A stretch of 62,976 nt of DNA, filler included, from Octopus bimaculoides (taxonomy: Eukaryota): the NCBI RefSeq assembly GCF_001194135.2. It is 5 parts of 5 records of this genome, joined end to end, with 100 filler letters (N's around TTAATTAATTAA, not from the genome) between each part and the next. Parts side by side here need not be neighbours in the genome. Positions count along the whole stretch, not along the records: positions 9,541 to 40,882 come from NC_068990.1; 4 more parts are not named here. One strand, written 5' to 3'. The position numbers and the translations under genes were made by a program. Below the pieces are notes generated by a model that was not told the DNA's origin, made no database searches, and saw nothing but the letters and a program-made list of their open reading frames with translations. Shown piece by piece: positions 21,436 through 33,989 of the stretch. The stretch's first letter is position 1; every line of letters begins with the position of its first letter.

Positions 21436-24400
21436 AATTTTTGTACTGCGTTTGAATTTTCCATTTCGGCATTACGCTTCATGATCCCGTTAAAGAATCA
21501 CAGCTTGCACATCACCTGGCAATGAAACAACTGAGAATTCCTGTGAACACAATGGCTCTCCCAGAACAGAATCCAGTGGCGAACATATCTCCTATCGACA
21601 TGGCATTTCAAGCGGCGATTATGTTGAAAATTCCCCTATTCTGGACCCACGACCCTGCATTATGGTTTTACCATATAGAGGCCCAGTTTTCTTCTCACCG
21701 AGTACTAAGCGATGCATCTTGACTATCACATGTAATCTGTTCCATATTACCAGAAATCACGAACGTCGTCTGCGATCTCATTATGGCACCACCCGGTTCT
21801 GTGTCGTACGACACTTTTAAAACAACACTCATTGAGAGAACTTTCGAGTCCCAACAAAAGTGACTTCACCAGCTTCTGATATCGGAAGAATTGGGTGATA
21901 AAACGCCTTCTCAGCTTCTATGCAGCTTCTTGGAGATGAGAGCCTCCCCGACAGAATTTTCAAGCAGCTTTTTCTACAGTGTTTATCCTCCAACATGCAG
22001 GTGGTCCTCACTTCCACACGAGAATCCACATCCATTGAGGAACTGGTGGAGCTAGCGGACAAAATAGCCGAAGTACCACACAGGTATCCAACAGTATCGA
22101 CGGTTATGCCTGCCACTCCCACTACCAATCCTTTCCTTTTGCCGACCAGTTCTTTCAAAATTTTGGACTTGCGTCCATTAATGATGCAGCAAGCAGTGCA
22201 GATACAGACCCTCACAACTCAAATACAAGCCCTATCGCTTGGTACCCAGCATCAAAGCAGCAGCCGATCGTGTCGATATGGTAGATGGTCCCAAAGCCAA
22301 AGTGCTACCCGCTACTCACATAAAGCATGTTGGTACCACCCAAAATTTGGAACACGGGCGCAAAAATGCACGATCCCATGCTCGTTTTCATCATCTAATT
22401 TGGGAAACGACGCAGCCAGGAATTGAATGCGACGGAAGTTTCTGGCTTACATCCACAAAGTCACCTGTTTTTTGTTTGCAATTATGTAACAGGTGCACAT
22501 TTCCTGGTTGACACCAGCGCGGAAGTCAGCATCATCCCTGTTTCCAACACTTCAGGAAAAAGAAAAGAGACCCCAGTCTGTCTTCAGGCATTTAACCACT
22601 CACCCATTCCAACCTATGGTGAACAGTCCCTAACACTGAACTTAGGACTATGCCGCACCTTCCAGTGGGTATTTGTCATTGCCAAACTGCTGACCCCTAT
22701 CTTGGAAGCAGATTTCCTGCATCATTTCCGTCTCCTGGTATACATTAAAAACAGATGACTTGTCAACAGCACCGCACAGCTTACTTGTGCGTGGTATAGC
22801 CACTCGTATGGCCACAGTCAGCCCAACTATATTGCTCACAATGACAACAACTCGCTACAGTGCTATCTTGAAAGAATATCCAGATTCACTCGACCAGTAT
22901 TCCAGAACCAGCCGATCAAGCACGAAGTCACCCACCACATCAAAACCAGGGGTCCACCTGTTGCTGCAAGACCCAGAAGGTTACCATCTGATTGTTTCAA
23001 GGCCGTCAAGCGGGAATTCCGGCACATGCTCGATTTTGGAATCATCCACCCGTCCAGCAGCAACTGGTCCTTGCCAATACACTACGTTTCAAAAAAATCG
23101 TCGACCGATTGGTGGGTTTGCAGTGATTATCGATCGCTGAATAAAAGATATCCTCCTTGAAAGAAAATCTGACCAAATGACAAGCGCTTTTTAAAAGGCC
23201 AATTCTTGAAAGTTAACTAGTTACTCAAGCTAGTTATGCGATATACAAAAATATTGCTAAAAAACTCAAACCACATAGCGATGGTGAATTCCTAAAAGAA
23301 TATCTCCTTACTGCTGTTGAGAATATATGCCCAGAAAAACTTAATTTGTTTGGAAATAGCTTATCAAGAAGAACTGTTTCTGATCATATTAAAGATATTG
23401 CTGATGACATTCAAAATTCTCTAAAATCTGCTTCAGCAGAATTCGTATTGTATTCATCAGCTATTGATGAGACAACTGATCTGTCTAATACTTCTCAGAT
23501 GGCAATATTTATACGTGCAATAACTGCAAAATTCAACATTCAGGAAGAATTTCTTGAAATCAATGCATNNNNNNNNNNNNNNNNNNNNNNNNNNNNNNNN
23601 NNNNNNNNNNNNNNNNNNNNNNNNNNNNNNNNNNNNNNNNNNNNNNNNNNNNNNNNNNNNNNNNNNNNNNNNNNNNNNNNNNNNNNNNNNNNNNNNNNNN
23701 NNNNNNNNNNNNNNNNNNNNNNNNNNNNNNNNNNNNNNNNNNNNNNNNNNNNNNNNNNNNNNNNNNNNNNNNNNNNNNNNNNNNNNNNNNNNNNNNNNNN
23801 NNNNNNNNNNNNNNNNNNNNNNNNNNNNNNNNNNNNNNNNNNNNNNNNNNNNNNNNNNNNNNNNNNNNNNNNNNNNNNNNNNNNNNNNNNNNNNNNNNNN
23901 NNNNNNNNNNNNNNNNNNCAAGTGCTTAAGTAATTTTATAAACTGAAGGAAGAAGTGAAAATTTTTATGGATATTAAAGGTGTTCCTATTATAGTACTGG
24001 AAGATAAAAATTTCAAAGTAATTTAGCATTTTTAGTAGATATAACTGGTCATTTAAATAATTTGAACTTGAAACTACAAGGCTCTAACCAGCTAATAACC
24101 AGTTTGCTTTCTCATATCAAAAGTTTTAAATTGATGCTTCTTTAGAAGGATAAGGTTGTGAAGCCATCTAATGTGACTCTACTCAGAAGGCTGTAATATC
24201 ATTTGACAGGAACATGGTGTAAAGAAATACATGGAACAGGGTGGTAACTTTAAATGTCTTTAATGCCAGCCACACGTATATATACACAAGCTGCATGGGT
24301 TGTATGTTTGCTGTTAACTCTAATGAGGAAACTCGTGAACAGCAATCTGTTAGAACCTGTGCAGTGTTGTGTAGAGATGTTGACGACATTGGTGAGAAAC

Positions 24401-26789
24401 AAGATGGTGGTCACTGTAATGTGGTCAGTAATTAGACCTTAGAAAGTTTGGAACCAAGAGACTCTGAAACTAGGAGGAGATGACTTTTTATAGCTAACAG
24501 TAGGCTCAAATGTAGTTTAGAACAGACTGTCTCACGTGATTTATTTGGAGGCTGTGATTGGTTGGGTTGCATATTGGTGCACGATAGAGTAAGAGACAAA
24601 TTGCACCAATACTAACCAATCAGAGTGGTAGACACAACGAGGTTCAAACCAGCACCCAAAGGTTAGCTGTTGCCTGCTACGTCTGTATGTATCTATATAT
24701 AATAGAGAGAGAGGAAATTCACTAGAGTTTGCCACACTTCATATTTGTCACACAATTAAAAAGAAAGTGCTTCACACATTTTCCAAAATTGAGCGAACAA
24801 AATCCTGAATCAACAAAGGAATATTCTGACGAGTGTGAAAGTCTTTTGAAGAAATTTGAAAGTAGATTTGAATAAATACAAGATAAAATCGAACTACGTG
24901 TTTTTGAAACATCTTTTGATATGTGTCCTGAGGAGGCTTGAGATTGATTACAATTAGAATTAATTGATTTGCTGTTGGATAACTTAATAAAATCGAAATA
25001 TAGTTATGTCTTCATTGGATTTCTACAAACCCATCAATCCTGAGAAAATCCCTGCTTTACATAAAAATGCCTTGAAACTCAAATTTCATTTTTTGACAAT
25101 TTATCAATGTGAGCAGTTTTTTTCCAAATTGAATTATGCAAAAAATCATCTTCATACCAGACTTACTAACAAAACCCTGAGTTATGAACTAAGAATAGCA
25201 GTTTCTTCAAAGATGTGATATTCCTACACTTTCAAAAAAAGAAAAAAAGTTTCATCCTTCTCACTAAACAAAGCCAAATTTTAAATTTAAGGTTAATTAG
25301 CTTTCATAAAATTATCACTAGGATAAATTTGTTCAAATATGTCATTTACACATAACACTATTTAGGTATTGATGTAATTTTTCAAAATTAAATTTGGTCT
25401 GTGCTTGACTGTTATGATTTCTCCAACATTAGGATAGGCACATTTTGGGAAATATAGAATACCTCATAAGTAATATAAATGTCCTAAATTCAGTGGTGGC
25501 ATTAATGAAGATGTTACATGTTAATTTAATGTGTTAAACTTATCTTTATTTATGTATATCGAATTATACATAGATATATACACAGATACAAGAGTCAGAA
25601 CTTGTGATCTGCCCATGGACCTTTTTCTTTGGAAATTTTTGTCCACTCAACTAAAACGTTTCCCCATCCCTGTATTAAATAGTCATAACAAAATAATCAT
25701 GAACATGAAAATATAAACTATAAAATACATATAAGAAAAGAATGTGTGTGGGGGAGTGTGTGGGTGTCTATACACCTATAGCAAATGTAGTCTCTTTAAA
25801 CTTCATGCAAGGTAATCTTTCTTTAATATGTCTTATTCTCTCTATATTTCTTTCTTATATATATTTTTGTAGTTTATATTTTTATGTTTACAATTATTTT
25901 CTGATAATTTAATATAAGGACAACTGTGGCCAGGCCCCATTCACTGGGACAGTGGGCAAACATCGACATGACAGTGAGAACTAAATATATTTAGTGGGAC
26001 ATCACTTTATGTATGCATGTACCTGATGTGACCAGACTGCACTGATCAATGCAGCACAATTGGATGCATAACATTCCATCCATAAAGGACAGTTGCAAGG
26101 GGGGTTGAAATGATTGTCATACTGTATAAAGACTAATGCTGAATCCATCTTTCATTTCTTTCATTGATTATTATTATCTCAACTAACACTGCAGAATTCC
26201 TGAAGTAGATCCAGTGGAAATATACTCCAACTATGGATGATACCATATAGCCCAAACTGTGAATGTGCTTTATTCAATACACTAGTTGGCATATGCCCAT
26301 TAGTCCAAAAAATTACACACATATACATATACACGTGCATGCATGCATGCACACATACATACATACATACATACATACATACATACATACATACATACAT
26401 ACTATAAATTTTCATTTATATCTATGATTGTTGTGCATTGTACCTACAAATTTACACAAAAACCATGAAATGTTAGGTTTTTTCAGAGAAAGAGCAAAAG
26501 AATCTGATGCAGATTCTTCAAATCCAATTTTTAAAATTTTTATGACATTCCAAAGGTTCTCCAGCTTAGATTGTCTTAACATTGCTTGATAGTTGTAAAC
26601 AAGTATAACAAGTGTCCTTCATTTCCAATCTTCTGTGGAAACATCTCTGTTCCAGGCATCAAGCACAGAAACATGCTTAACATGCCACTGCCACTACTGA
26701 TGGCAAAGACAATGATAATGATGACAACAACAAAAATGAATATTTCAGAAAATTGATGGCTCTCCCCATCCAATCCACTGAATCATTTT

Positions 26790-27505
26790 ACTTCTATCAG
26801 TTGTGGCGTGCAAGAGAGACGATTGCGCTGGTATGGACATGTGGTGAGAATGGAGGAGGATAGCTGCGTGAAAAAGTGCCACACCCTAACAGTTGAGGGA
26901 ACCCGTGGAAGAGGTAGGCCCAGGAAGACCTGGGCTGAGGTGGTGAGGCAAGACCTTCGTACATTGGGCCTCACCGAGGCGATGACTACGGACCGAGACC
27001 TTTGGAAATGGGCTGTGCNNNNNNNNNNNNNNNNNNNNNNNNNNNNNNNNNNNNNNNNNNNNNNNNNNNNNNNNNNNNNNNNNNNNNNNNNNNNNNNNNN
27101 NNNNNNNNNNNNNNNNNNNNNNNNNNNNNNNNNNNNNNNNNNNNNNNNNNNNNNNNNNNNNNNNNNNNNNNNNNNNNNNNNNNNNNNNNNNNNNNNNNNN
27201 NNNNNNNNNNNNNNNNNNNNNNNNNNNNNNNNNNNNNNNNNNNGCCCCTGGACTGGCTTGTGCGGGTGGCACATAAAAGACACCATTTCGAGCGTGGCCG
27301 TTTTCGTGCAGGTGACACGTAAAAGCACCCACTACACTCTCTGAGTGGTTGGCGTTAGGAAGGGCATCCAGCTGTAGAAACTCTGCCAAATCAGACTGGA
27401 GCCTGGTGTTGCCATCCGGTTTCACCAGTCCTCAGTCAAATCGTCCAACCCATGCTAGCATGGAAAGCGGACGTTAAACGATGATGATGATGATGATGAT
27501 GATGC
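26790..27505 (+). mobile_element. 5'-truncated RTE LINE (ORF end plus 3' UTR, (GAT)n tail)
   Basis: QERRLRWYGHVVRMEEDSCVKKCHTLTVEGTRGRGRPRKTW, closely similar to the element at 9869-10333; 3' UTR after the gap. Confidence 0.9.
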
Positions 27506-28042
27506 ATCCAGGTTGTAGTTGTAGCTGTTGTTGTTCTACTTCTTTATCCCAGGGTTAACCTCCATCACTCAGACTTATGATTAAAAACATGCAAACAAAA
27601 TAAAAAAACAACACAGTACCCATGACTTTCAGAAACATTTTTTATGCTCAGAGTTGTTGGGGCATGGCATAAATTACCTGCATCAGTTGTTAGTTGTTGA
27701 GACACTACATCCTTCAAAACTTCCATACTTCCTGAAATTTGCCAACAGTGAATTAGTAAAATAGTTAGTATTGGACAAAATGCTTTGCAGTATTTGCAAA
27801 GGCTCTTTACTTTCTAGTTAAGATCCTGCTGAAGTCAACTAACCTTTTATTATTATCTGCTGGGACATATTTTGACCAAGAGACACTTCTTTTCCTGATG
27901 GTTCTTGTCAACAACATGTGAAAAATTTGCCCTAATATCTCTGTTTGTTGCATTTGCATATTTGTTGCTTTTTTTTGCTTTTTTTTTTAGAAATATTTTG
28001 CAGGAAAACAAGCTATGAAAAAATAATCCCTCATATTGAAAC

Positions 28043-30076
28043 ATGAGAAAGTGTACTGAAATGGAAGATGAAAACTACCAAACTTTATACTCAATGGAAG
28101 ATTCAACTGTAACAAATCAAGCCCAGCAGATTGAAGAACAGCCAAATACTAACACATCGCAGCCATTTGAAATACACAATGAGTTTCCTTCAGTTATTTC
28201 AAAGGAAAATGATGAACACAAAAAACAACATTCCAATATGAATAAACCAAATGAATGTTGTGGTGAAAGAATGGAAAATATAAGATTAACAAGCAAATCA
28301 GAAGATATTTACAGTGAATGTAAGAAGAACTTGGAAAGTAATGTGGATGAAAGCAACAACTTACATTTTTCATCAAATGACAAATTTAGTTCTAAAAGAA
28401 ATGGATTCAAATTAAGTACAAAAGCAGAAGTACATATAAGTGATGTTAAACCAGAGGTAAGACAATGTAAGAAACCTAATTCATCTGATGGGAAGAATTG
28501 TACAGACATGAGTTATAAAGCTCAGTGTGAAATGAAACAAACAGATGGTTTGGGTTCTGATTGTGAAAATCTAAGTGAAGATAGAAAAATAGATTGTTTT
28601 TATGTACCTTCAAAGCATTTAGATATCAAAAACATTACTTCAGAACTAAAATCCAGTGTAGAAGGTACAGTTACTGGTGGGGAGAATGCCACTGAGAATA
28701 ATGTTGACACAATGGTTTGCAAAGGGGATTCTGTCTCAGAAATTAGTGGAGGGCTTAATGATGTTAGCAGCTGTATAACTACAGAAACTGATAAATTGTG
28801 TGCAGTTAGTGATGGTAATATTTCTTTAGAAATTAACAATGATAGGAGATATGCTTGCAGAAACATAGGTTCCAATATAAATAGAATAGGTACTGATTCT
28901 AGTGGTGATATTACTCCTGAATTAAGTAAAGCAAATATAGATGCTAGCGAAAACATTGGTCCAGAAATTGATAAAGACAGCACCAATGTTGATGGTAATA
29001 TTGTTCCAGAATTTGATAGTGGAATTGTGATTACTGACAGAAATACTGGCCTGGAAACTGAACAAATGGATACAGTTTCTGGTGGAAGTATTCCTTCAGA
29101 AGCTAATAAAGAAGAATCCATTTTGAGTGCAAATACTGATTCAGAAGCAGCTGATAGGGAGAAAACAGTTGCCAGTGGAAATGCTATTACAGGAATTTAT
29201 AGGAAGGATACCATTGATGGTGGAAATGACAGCATAGAAGAAGGTACAGAGAGTTCAGTTATCAATGAAAATATCACATCAAATAATCTTCAAGAGACAT
29301 TCACAGATGCAAATATTCTCCAGCCAGAAAATTATTCAATATCTAACTTCCACAAGGAGGAACCATATATTTCCAACAAAACTGAACTAACAAATCTTAT
29401 AGACACAGAAATCTTATGTTCTAAATCTGAAACATCAGAAAATAGTATTGGTGATGACAATTTAGAAATAAAAGATGATAATTCTAATATGATAGAATAT
29501 ACATTTGAAGAAAATATAGATGCTGTAATTCCAAGTGTTAAACTACCTGAAGCCATGGTATCCTCTTTAGATCTGCAAACCTCATTCAAATTAGCTACAG
29601 AACAAAATCCAAACTTATTGTCAACTACAGTAGAGCTAGCCAACACTTATCAAACAGACAGTCATTCAGTATTGGAAACTAATACTCTGGATAGTAAAAA
29701 TGAATTAAAAACAGAAAACAATCTAAAGACCTTACGACCAATCATCCATTCATATGTTGTCAATGAAACCGGTGTAAGAGCAAAACGAACAAACAGCATA
29801 GAAATCAAAACTGTTACATTTTCTCAAGATACAATTTTCAATGAAGATAAATCAAAGCAGTATCGTAAAGAAAAGATCAGTTTCAGAACAGTCTACAAAA
29901 GTTGTACCACTGATTCTGAGTCATATTCAAAAATAAACCCTCTTTTTGAAGATGATTCTGAAACAGGAAATGCTGCAATGTGTTGTATTTTAGGAGAAAG
30001 GAGGAACAGTTTAGTGTACCTTGGAGATGATGAAAATAGTTTAAGCGGTGACAGTGAAGATGATGCAGGAGTTGAG
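28043..30076 (+). CDS. First coding exon (678 codons) of an unidentified host gene; acidic, Ser/Asn-rich, probably disordered N-terminal region
   Basis: 2-kb uninterrupted ORF with no transposon motifs. Polypyrimidine/acceptor TTTTGCAG at 28003, in-frame TGA (28037-28039) upstream of ATG 28043, and a phase-0 donor GAG|GTATGA at 30076/30077 just before the apparent stop. Confidence 0.85.
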
Positions 30077-32087
30077 GTATGATACAATATCAATATTTAT
30101 TTTTAGAAATAACATTGTAATAATGATTTATAACTTTGATACTAAGCCACATGTTTGCCAGAAAGAAGCATAAGCTATTGTTGCTGTTATTAATGTTGTT
30201 ACTGTTGTTGTTGTTTAGTCCTTAATGATCTACTCTGATCAAGCAAACCTTTGAACAAAGGCATTTCAGAAAAGACCATCAAGTTTGTTTCCCCCGCCCC
30301 CTTTTTTTTTTTTTGGTCTGAGAAGAGTCAGGTCCAATGCCTAGGACATGTTTGAATTTTTTTTTCTTTTTAAGGTAGCAGGGTGTGAAGTGAGGGAGGT
30401 TCTTATGCCAGGAATAGATCTGAGTTCTGACATTTCAGACAGAAGATGTGTTTGAAAAAAAAGTAAAAAAAGAAACCCGTCAGGATTCAACTCCTCACCT
30501 GAACACATAGGAATACCAGCCCCGTTTCCTGGTTCACTACCTCAACAGCTCTTTTATAGGATCAAGTGGCTAAGAACATCATCAGGAGGAACCATGTCTA
30601 GTTTCAGCCCCTACTCCTCTACCATTTTCGACATGGTGGGGCTCCACCTTTTGGAGGGGTCTTCAGCTATGTTGTTGAGTATGTTTCTTTCTTTTCCCTT
30701 TGGTATTTTGTTCTTTGGTTTCTTCAATGCAGCATCAACAAATGTCAACAGGCGAATGGCCACCCTGGCATATTTCCCCTTAAATACTCACTGGTAGGCT
30801 CCAACAGCCAGTGCCAGCTAACTGTCACATGACACAATCTAGACTTCAGCTGACCAATGGAGGGGAATGGCACATAGTTTTGGCTCGTGCCCTCTCTAGA
30901 CCTACCTTCCAACAGAGTTGTGTTAATTTCAGCTCCAACAGCCAAAGCCAACTAGCTGTCTTGTGGTACAAGTCTTCAAACTATTGAGGAGGAAGGTGTG
31001 CAATAAATGAGATGGTTCCCTTGGTTCACCTGTCAAGCAGTAATGCTGTTTAAGTGCCAGACAGCCTCACCTAGCGATGCTATTTCCCAGTTGGCATATT
31101 ATGCTTTTCAAGCCATTTCAGACCTTCTCGTTTCAGCCATATATACAAGCTGGCTTTGTCAACTGCCTCCTTTATCCTCCTTATTAGTTTTCTCAGCTCT
31201 GAGTTTGAAAATGCAAACCTTCTTTTAAATAACATCATCATTTTCCTTTCAATGAAGCCTCTAGCTTCTATATTGTTTTACAACTTCTATTAATTGTTCT
31301 TTGCTGATGCAGCTATCACTAGTTTCCTGAGATTTTAATTGTTTTTTTTTTGTTTCCTCTTTTAATGCTAATAGAGTTGATAGGTGTTGGTTCACCAGGC
31401 AAAAGGTTTAAAGACTGACATCCTCTTACCATAATTCTCACTTGGTCACATGTATTAGTTTTAGGTTTCAACAGTTCATATCCTGTCGCCAGTACTGCAA
31501 TATATATAAGATAACTGATTCTCAGATGACTCAGTCCACCTAACTGTAAACAAGAACCACACACATCTCACCAGTGTATTCAGCATAAACACTTTATCAA
31601 GCCAACAAGGGAGTTTGTAGTGGCCCTAGAAACAGTAACTAAATTTCCTATAAATTTAATCCCACCATTTTAGAAAAGAGAAGGACACATTAGTTAATAT
31701 AGTCTAGATATTCAAAAAAAGATGGGATAGCCACACTAGAAGACCTATGATCATAGGTCTGCTCAATCAGTGTTGGCCTGGGGCTAAACAAATTATTAAG
31801 GACATTATATGACTGACAAGTGTTCCTTTGCTTGCAATACTGTGTTCAAGTTTTTATGTGAATAGAACTTGGTAGGTGGTAAGTTCAACCAGGTAGAATT
31901 TCTCAAGGAAAAACTAATTCTTCAGTGGCTCTCCGAGGATCCATAGATTGTTATGATTATCATGTGACTCAACACATATCCCTTTACCAACACTGCATTA
32001 TACCTCAGAGTTATACTAACTTTTTTTTATCTTTTTCATTTAGATATAGCTTATTATTGTAAGCAGTGGAAATACTATGTTATTGTA

Positions 32088-32352
32088 TAAACTTGTTACT
32101 GGTTCAAATATGCTTGAGACATATTTGAACCAATAAGAAAACCATTCATTGTATTTTGTCATGGAGAAAAATTCTCACTGTAGACAAATAGGTGTAAACA
32201 CACCAAGTCAAAACACCTCCTACACCTACTAACTTTGTATATTTACACCTATTTGTCTACAGTGAGAAATTTTCTCCATGACAAAATGCAATGAATGACT
32301 TTCTTATGGATTCAAATATGACTCAAGCATATTTGAACCAGTAACAAGTTTA
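32088..32352. repeat. Foldback inverted repeat (about 111-bp arms, 43-bp spacer)
   Basis: 32088-32198 is the reverse complement of 32242-32352 with few mismatches. Each arm has an internal GGTTCAAATATG...CATATTTGAACC-type hairpin. Confidence 0.92.
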
Positions 32353-32639
32353 ATATTTGTACACATCACTGCTTAGTGCTTATAATCTGTACTATGTTAT
32401 TGAACATTTCATCAGCATGCAACGCTAAACACAATCCCTCCTATTTGCCATTGAAACAAGCCTGTTACCAGGAGGTGACAGCTTCTTTGCAATGGTCAGT
32501 CAGACGATATGATATTGTAGTTCCAGCTTTTGGGTCATTCTCATTATTATTCAGTGTGCCATAGTTATTAAAGACATTGGCATTTTACATTTGCAAAACT
32601 TTGGTCTAACAATCTGTGAGGTACCACTCTCTTACAGAC

Positions 32640-32780
32640 ACAACTTGTTTTCAGCTAAGCGAATGGGAGCAATGAGAAATAAAGTACATTTCTCAAAGAC
32701 GCAAAGCATTACCTGGCTCAGGAATTGATTCATGTCCTTATAATCATAAGTTCAACAGCTTTACCAATAGGTCACATACA
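32640..32780 (-). mobile_element. Degenerate SINE family B
   Basis: Reverse complement gives a decayed tRNA-like head followed by GTCTTTGAGAAATGTACTTTATTTCTCATTGCTCC, similar to 841-900. Confidence 0.45.
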
Positions 32781-33324
32781 TTTATGGCTCTAAATACTCG
32801 ACTTCAAATTTAATTATTGACATATTTTTTATATACATAGCATACTTAATTCTATGCATTTTAATTTCACTAATGTACCAGGTCGTTAGGAAATATTACT
32901 TAAGATAGTCAAGTACCATATCAAGAAGAACATTCATCTCCCATCTGTTAAATGCCATAAAACTGTGACTAAGTCAAAACAACAACAACATAATCAAGAT
33001 CCCTTAAATGATGTAGCCAGTCATTGGGATATCACTCTAGATGCTTTCATACTAGCTCTTATATTCTTCACTATTTTCACTATTTTTAATCTTCCTCACT
33101 GTTCTGAACTTATTTATTCTCTATCATCAGAAAACATCACTCTTCAACAGAGGATATTGTCTGAAATATTAAGCTTCCTCATAGCAAACCATTTGATCCC
33201 ACTTTTAAATTCTTTGTACTTGTTAATTAACAACACATACCAACACTAGTTTCCCCAGACTTGACTGTTTAATTTAGGAGTAGAGATTTATTATTTATAT
33301 TGATTTAGATTAGAGTCATATGTC

Positions 33325-33810
33325 CATCCATCCATCCATTCATCCATCCACTGAGCTAGCCATCTCTGCTCACTATTCCTGGGAGAATCTTATGGGTGGA
33401 GTCCTCTGGCATCTCCTCCATAGGGTCTTTTCAGAGTAAACTGTCATTACAATTTCTGAACTAAAGGTATCCAACTGCCTTGTTCTTGGTCTACTCTTAG
33501 GTCTCCTGCCAGTTGCCTTGGTTTGAAGAATCCATCTTGTGATTTTTCCAGTGACATTCTAATCACACATCTGTAGTACCAGAGCTGTGACCTCTCAAAG
33601 TGGAGAAGTGGTGGCTCAACCTGGAGAGACTCTTTGATCTCCAGGTTATGCACCCTGTCAAATATTACACTGGAGACCATTCAGAGGAACCCCAGTTTAT
33701 CCACTTGCATTTGAAATTGTACTGTTTTGGTCATTACCCAATAATCTTGACCATAGGTGAAGATCAGCATGAAAACCAAATTGAAGATAGCAAATTTGGT
33801 TTTCTTTACC
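33325..33810 (-). mobile_element. Old RTE/RTEX-type LINE 3' remnant
   Basis: LIFTYGQDYWVMT..Q..KLGFL and DRVHNLEIKESLQVEPPLLHFERSQLWY..VIRM match the RTE C-terminus; (GGAT)n tail at ~33327-33350. Confidence 0.7.
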
Positions 33811-33989
33811 AACTTCTCTTCGTGTATAGAGTATATTTCACATTCAGTATAGAATACTTCTATAGGATAGTATACTTCTATAGTATAGTATAGTATAGTA
33901 TACTTCATGTATAGAACATATTCCATCCACATGGATAGAATATATTTCATGCTTATATTTTATCTTTTTTCTTTTACTTGTTTATTTGC

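Larger units (their letters stand above)
20639..23146 (+). mobile_element. Ty3/Gypsy LTR retrotransposon, 3'-truncated (5' LTR, PBS, gag, protease, RT start)
   Basis: 148-bp LTR TGTAGTG...CACTACA (20639-20786); PBS TGGTGACCCCG (20789-20799); gag KIPLFWTHDPALWFYHIEAQF, EELGDKTPSQLL, CWYHPKFGTRAQKCTIPCSF; protease FLVDTSA (22501-22521); RT start GIIHPSSSNW...DYRSLNK. No 3' LTR. Confidence 0.92.
19395..25672 (+). mobile_element. hAT (Buster/Charlie-group) DNA transposon, defective, with nested insertions
   Basis: TIRs CAGGGGTGGGGAAAC / GTTTCCCCATCCCTG, flanked by an exact 8-bp TSD TATTAAAT (19387-19394, 25673-25680; nnnTAnnn). Transposase remnants KPHSDGEFLKE, SLSRRTV, AIDETTDLSNTSQMAIFIR, LAFLVDITGHLNNLNLKLQG, YQCEQFFSKL..K..L.TRLT (GTF2IRD2/EPM2AIP1-like). 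Confidence 0.93.

Noticed and set aside
28600-29121. 173-aa antisense ORF within the large exon
   Set aside because: Expected shadow of the sense-strand 45-bp repeat region; no independent signal.
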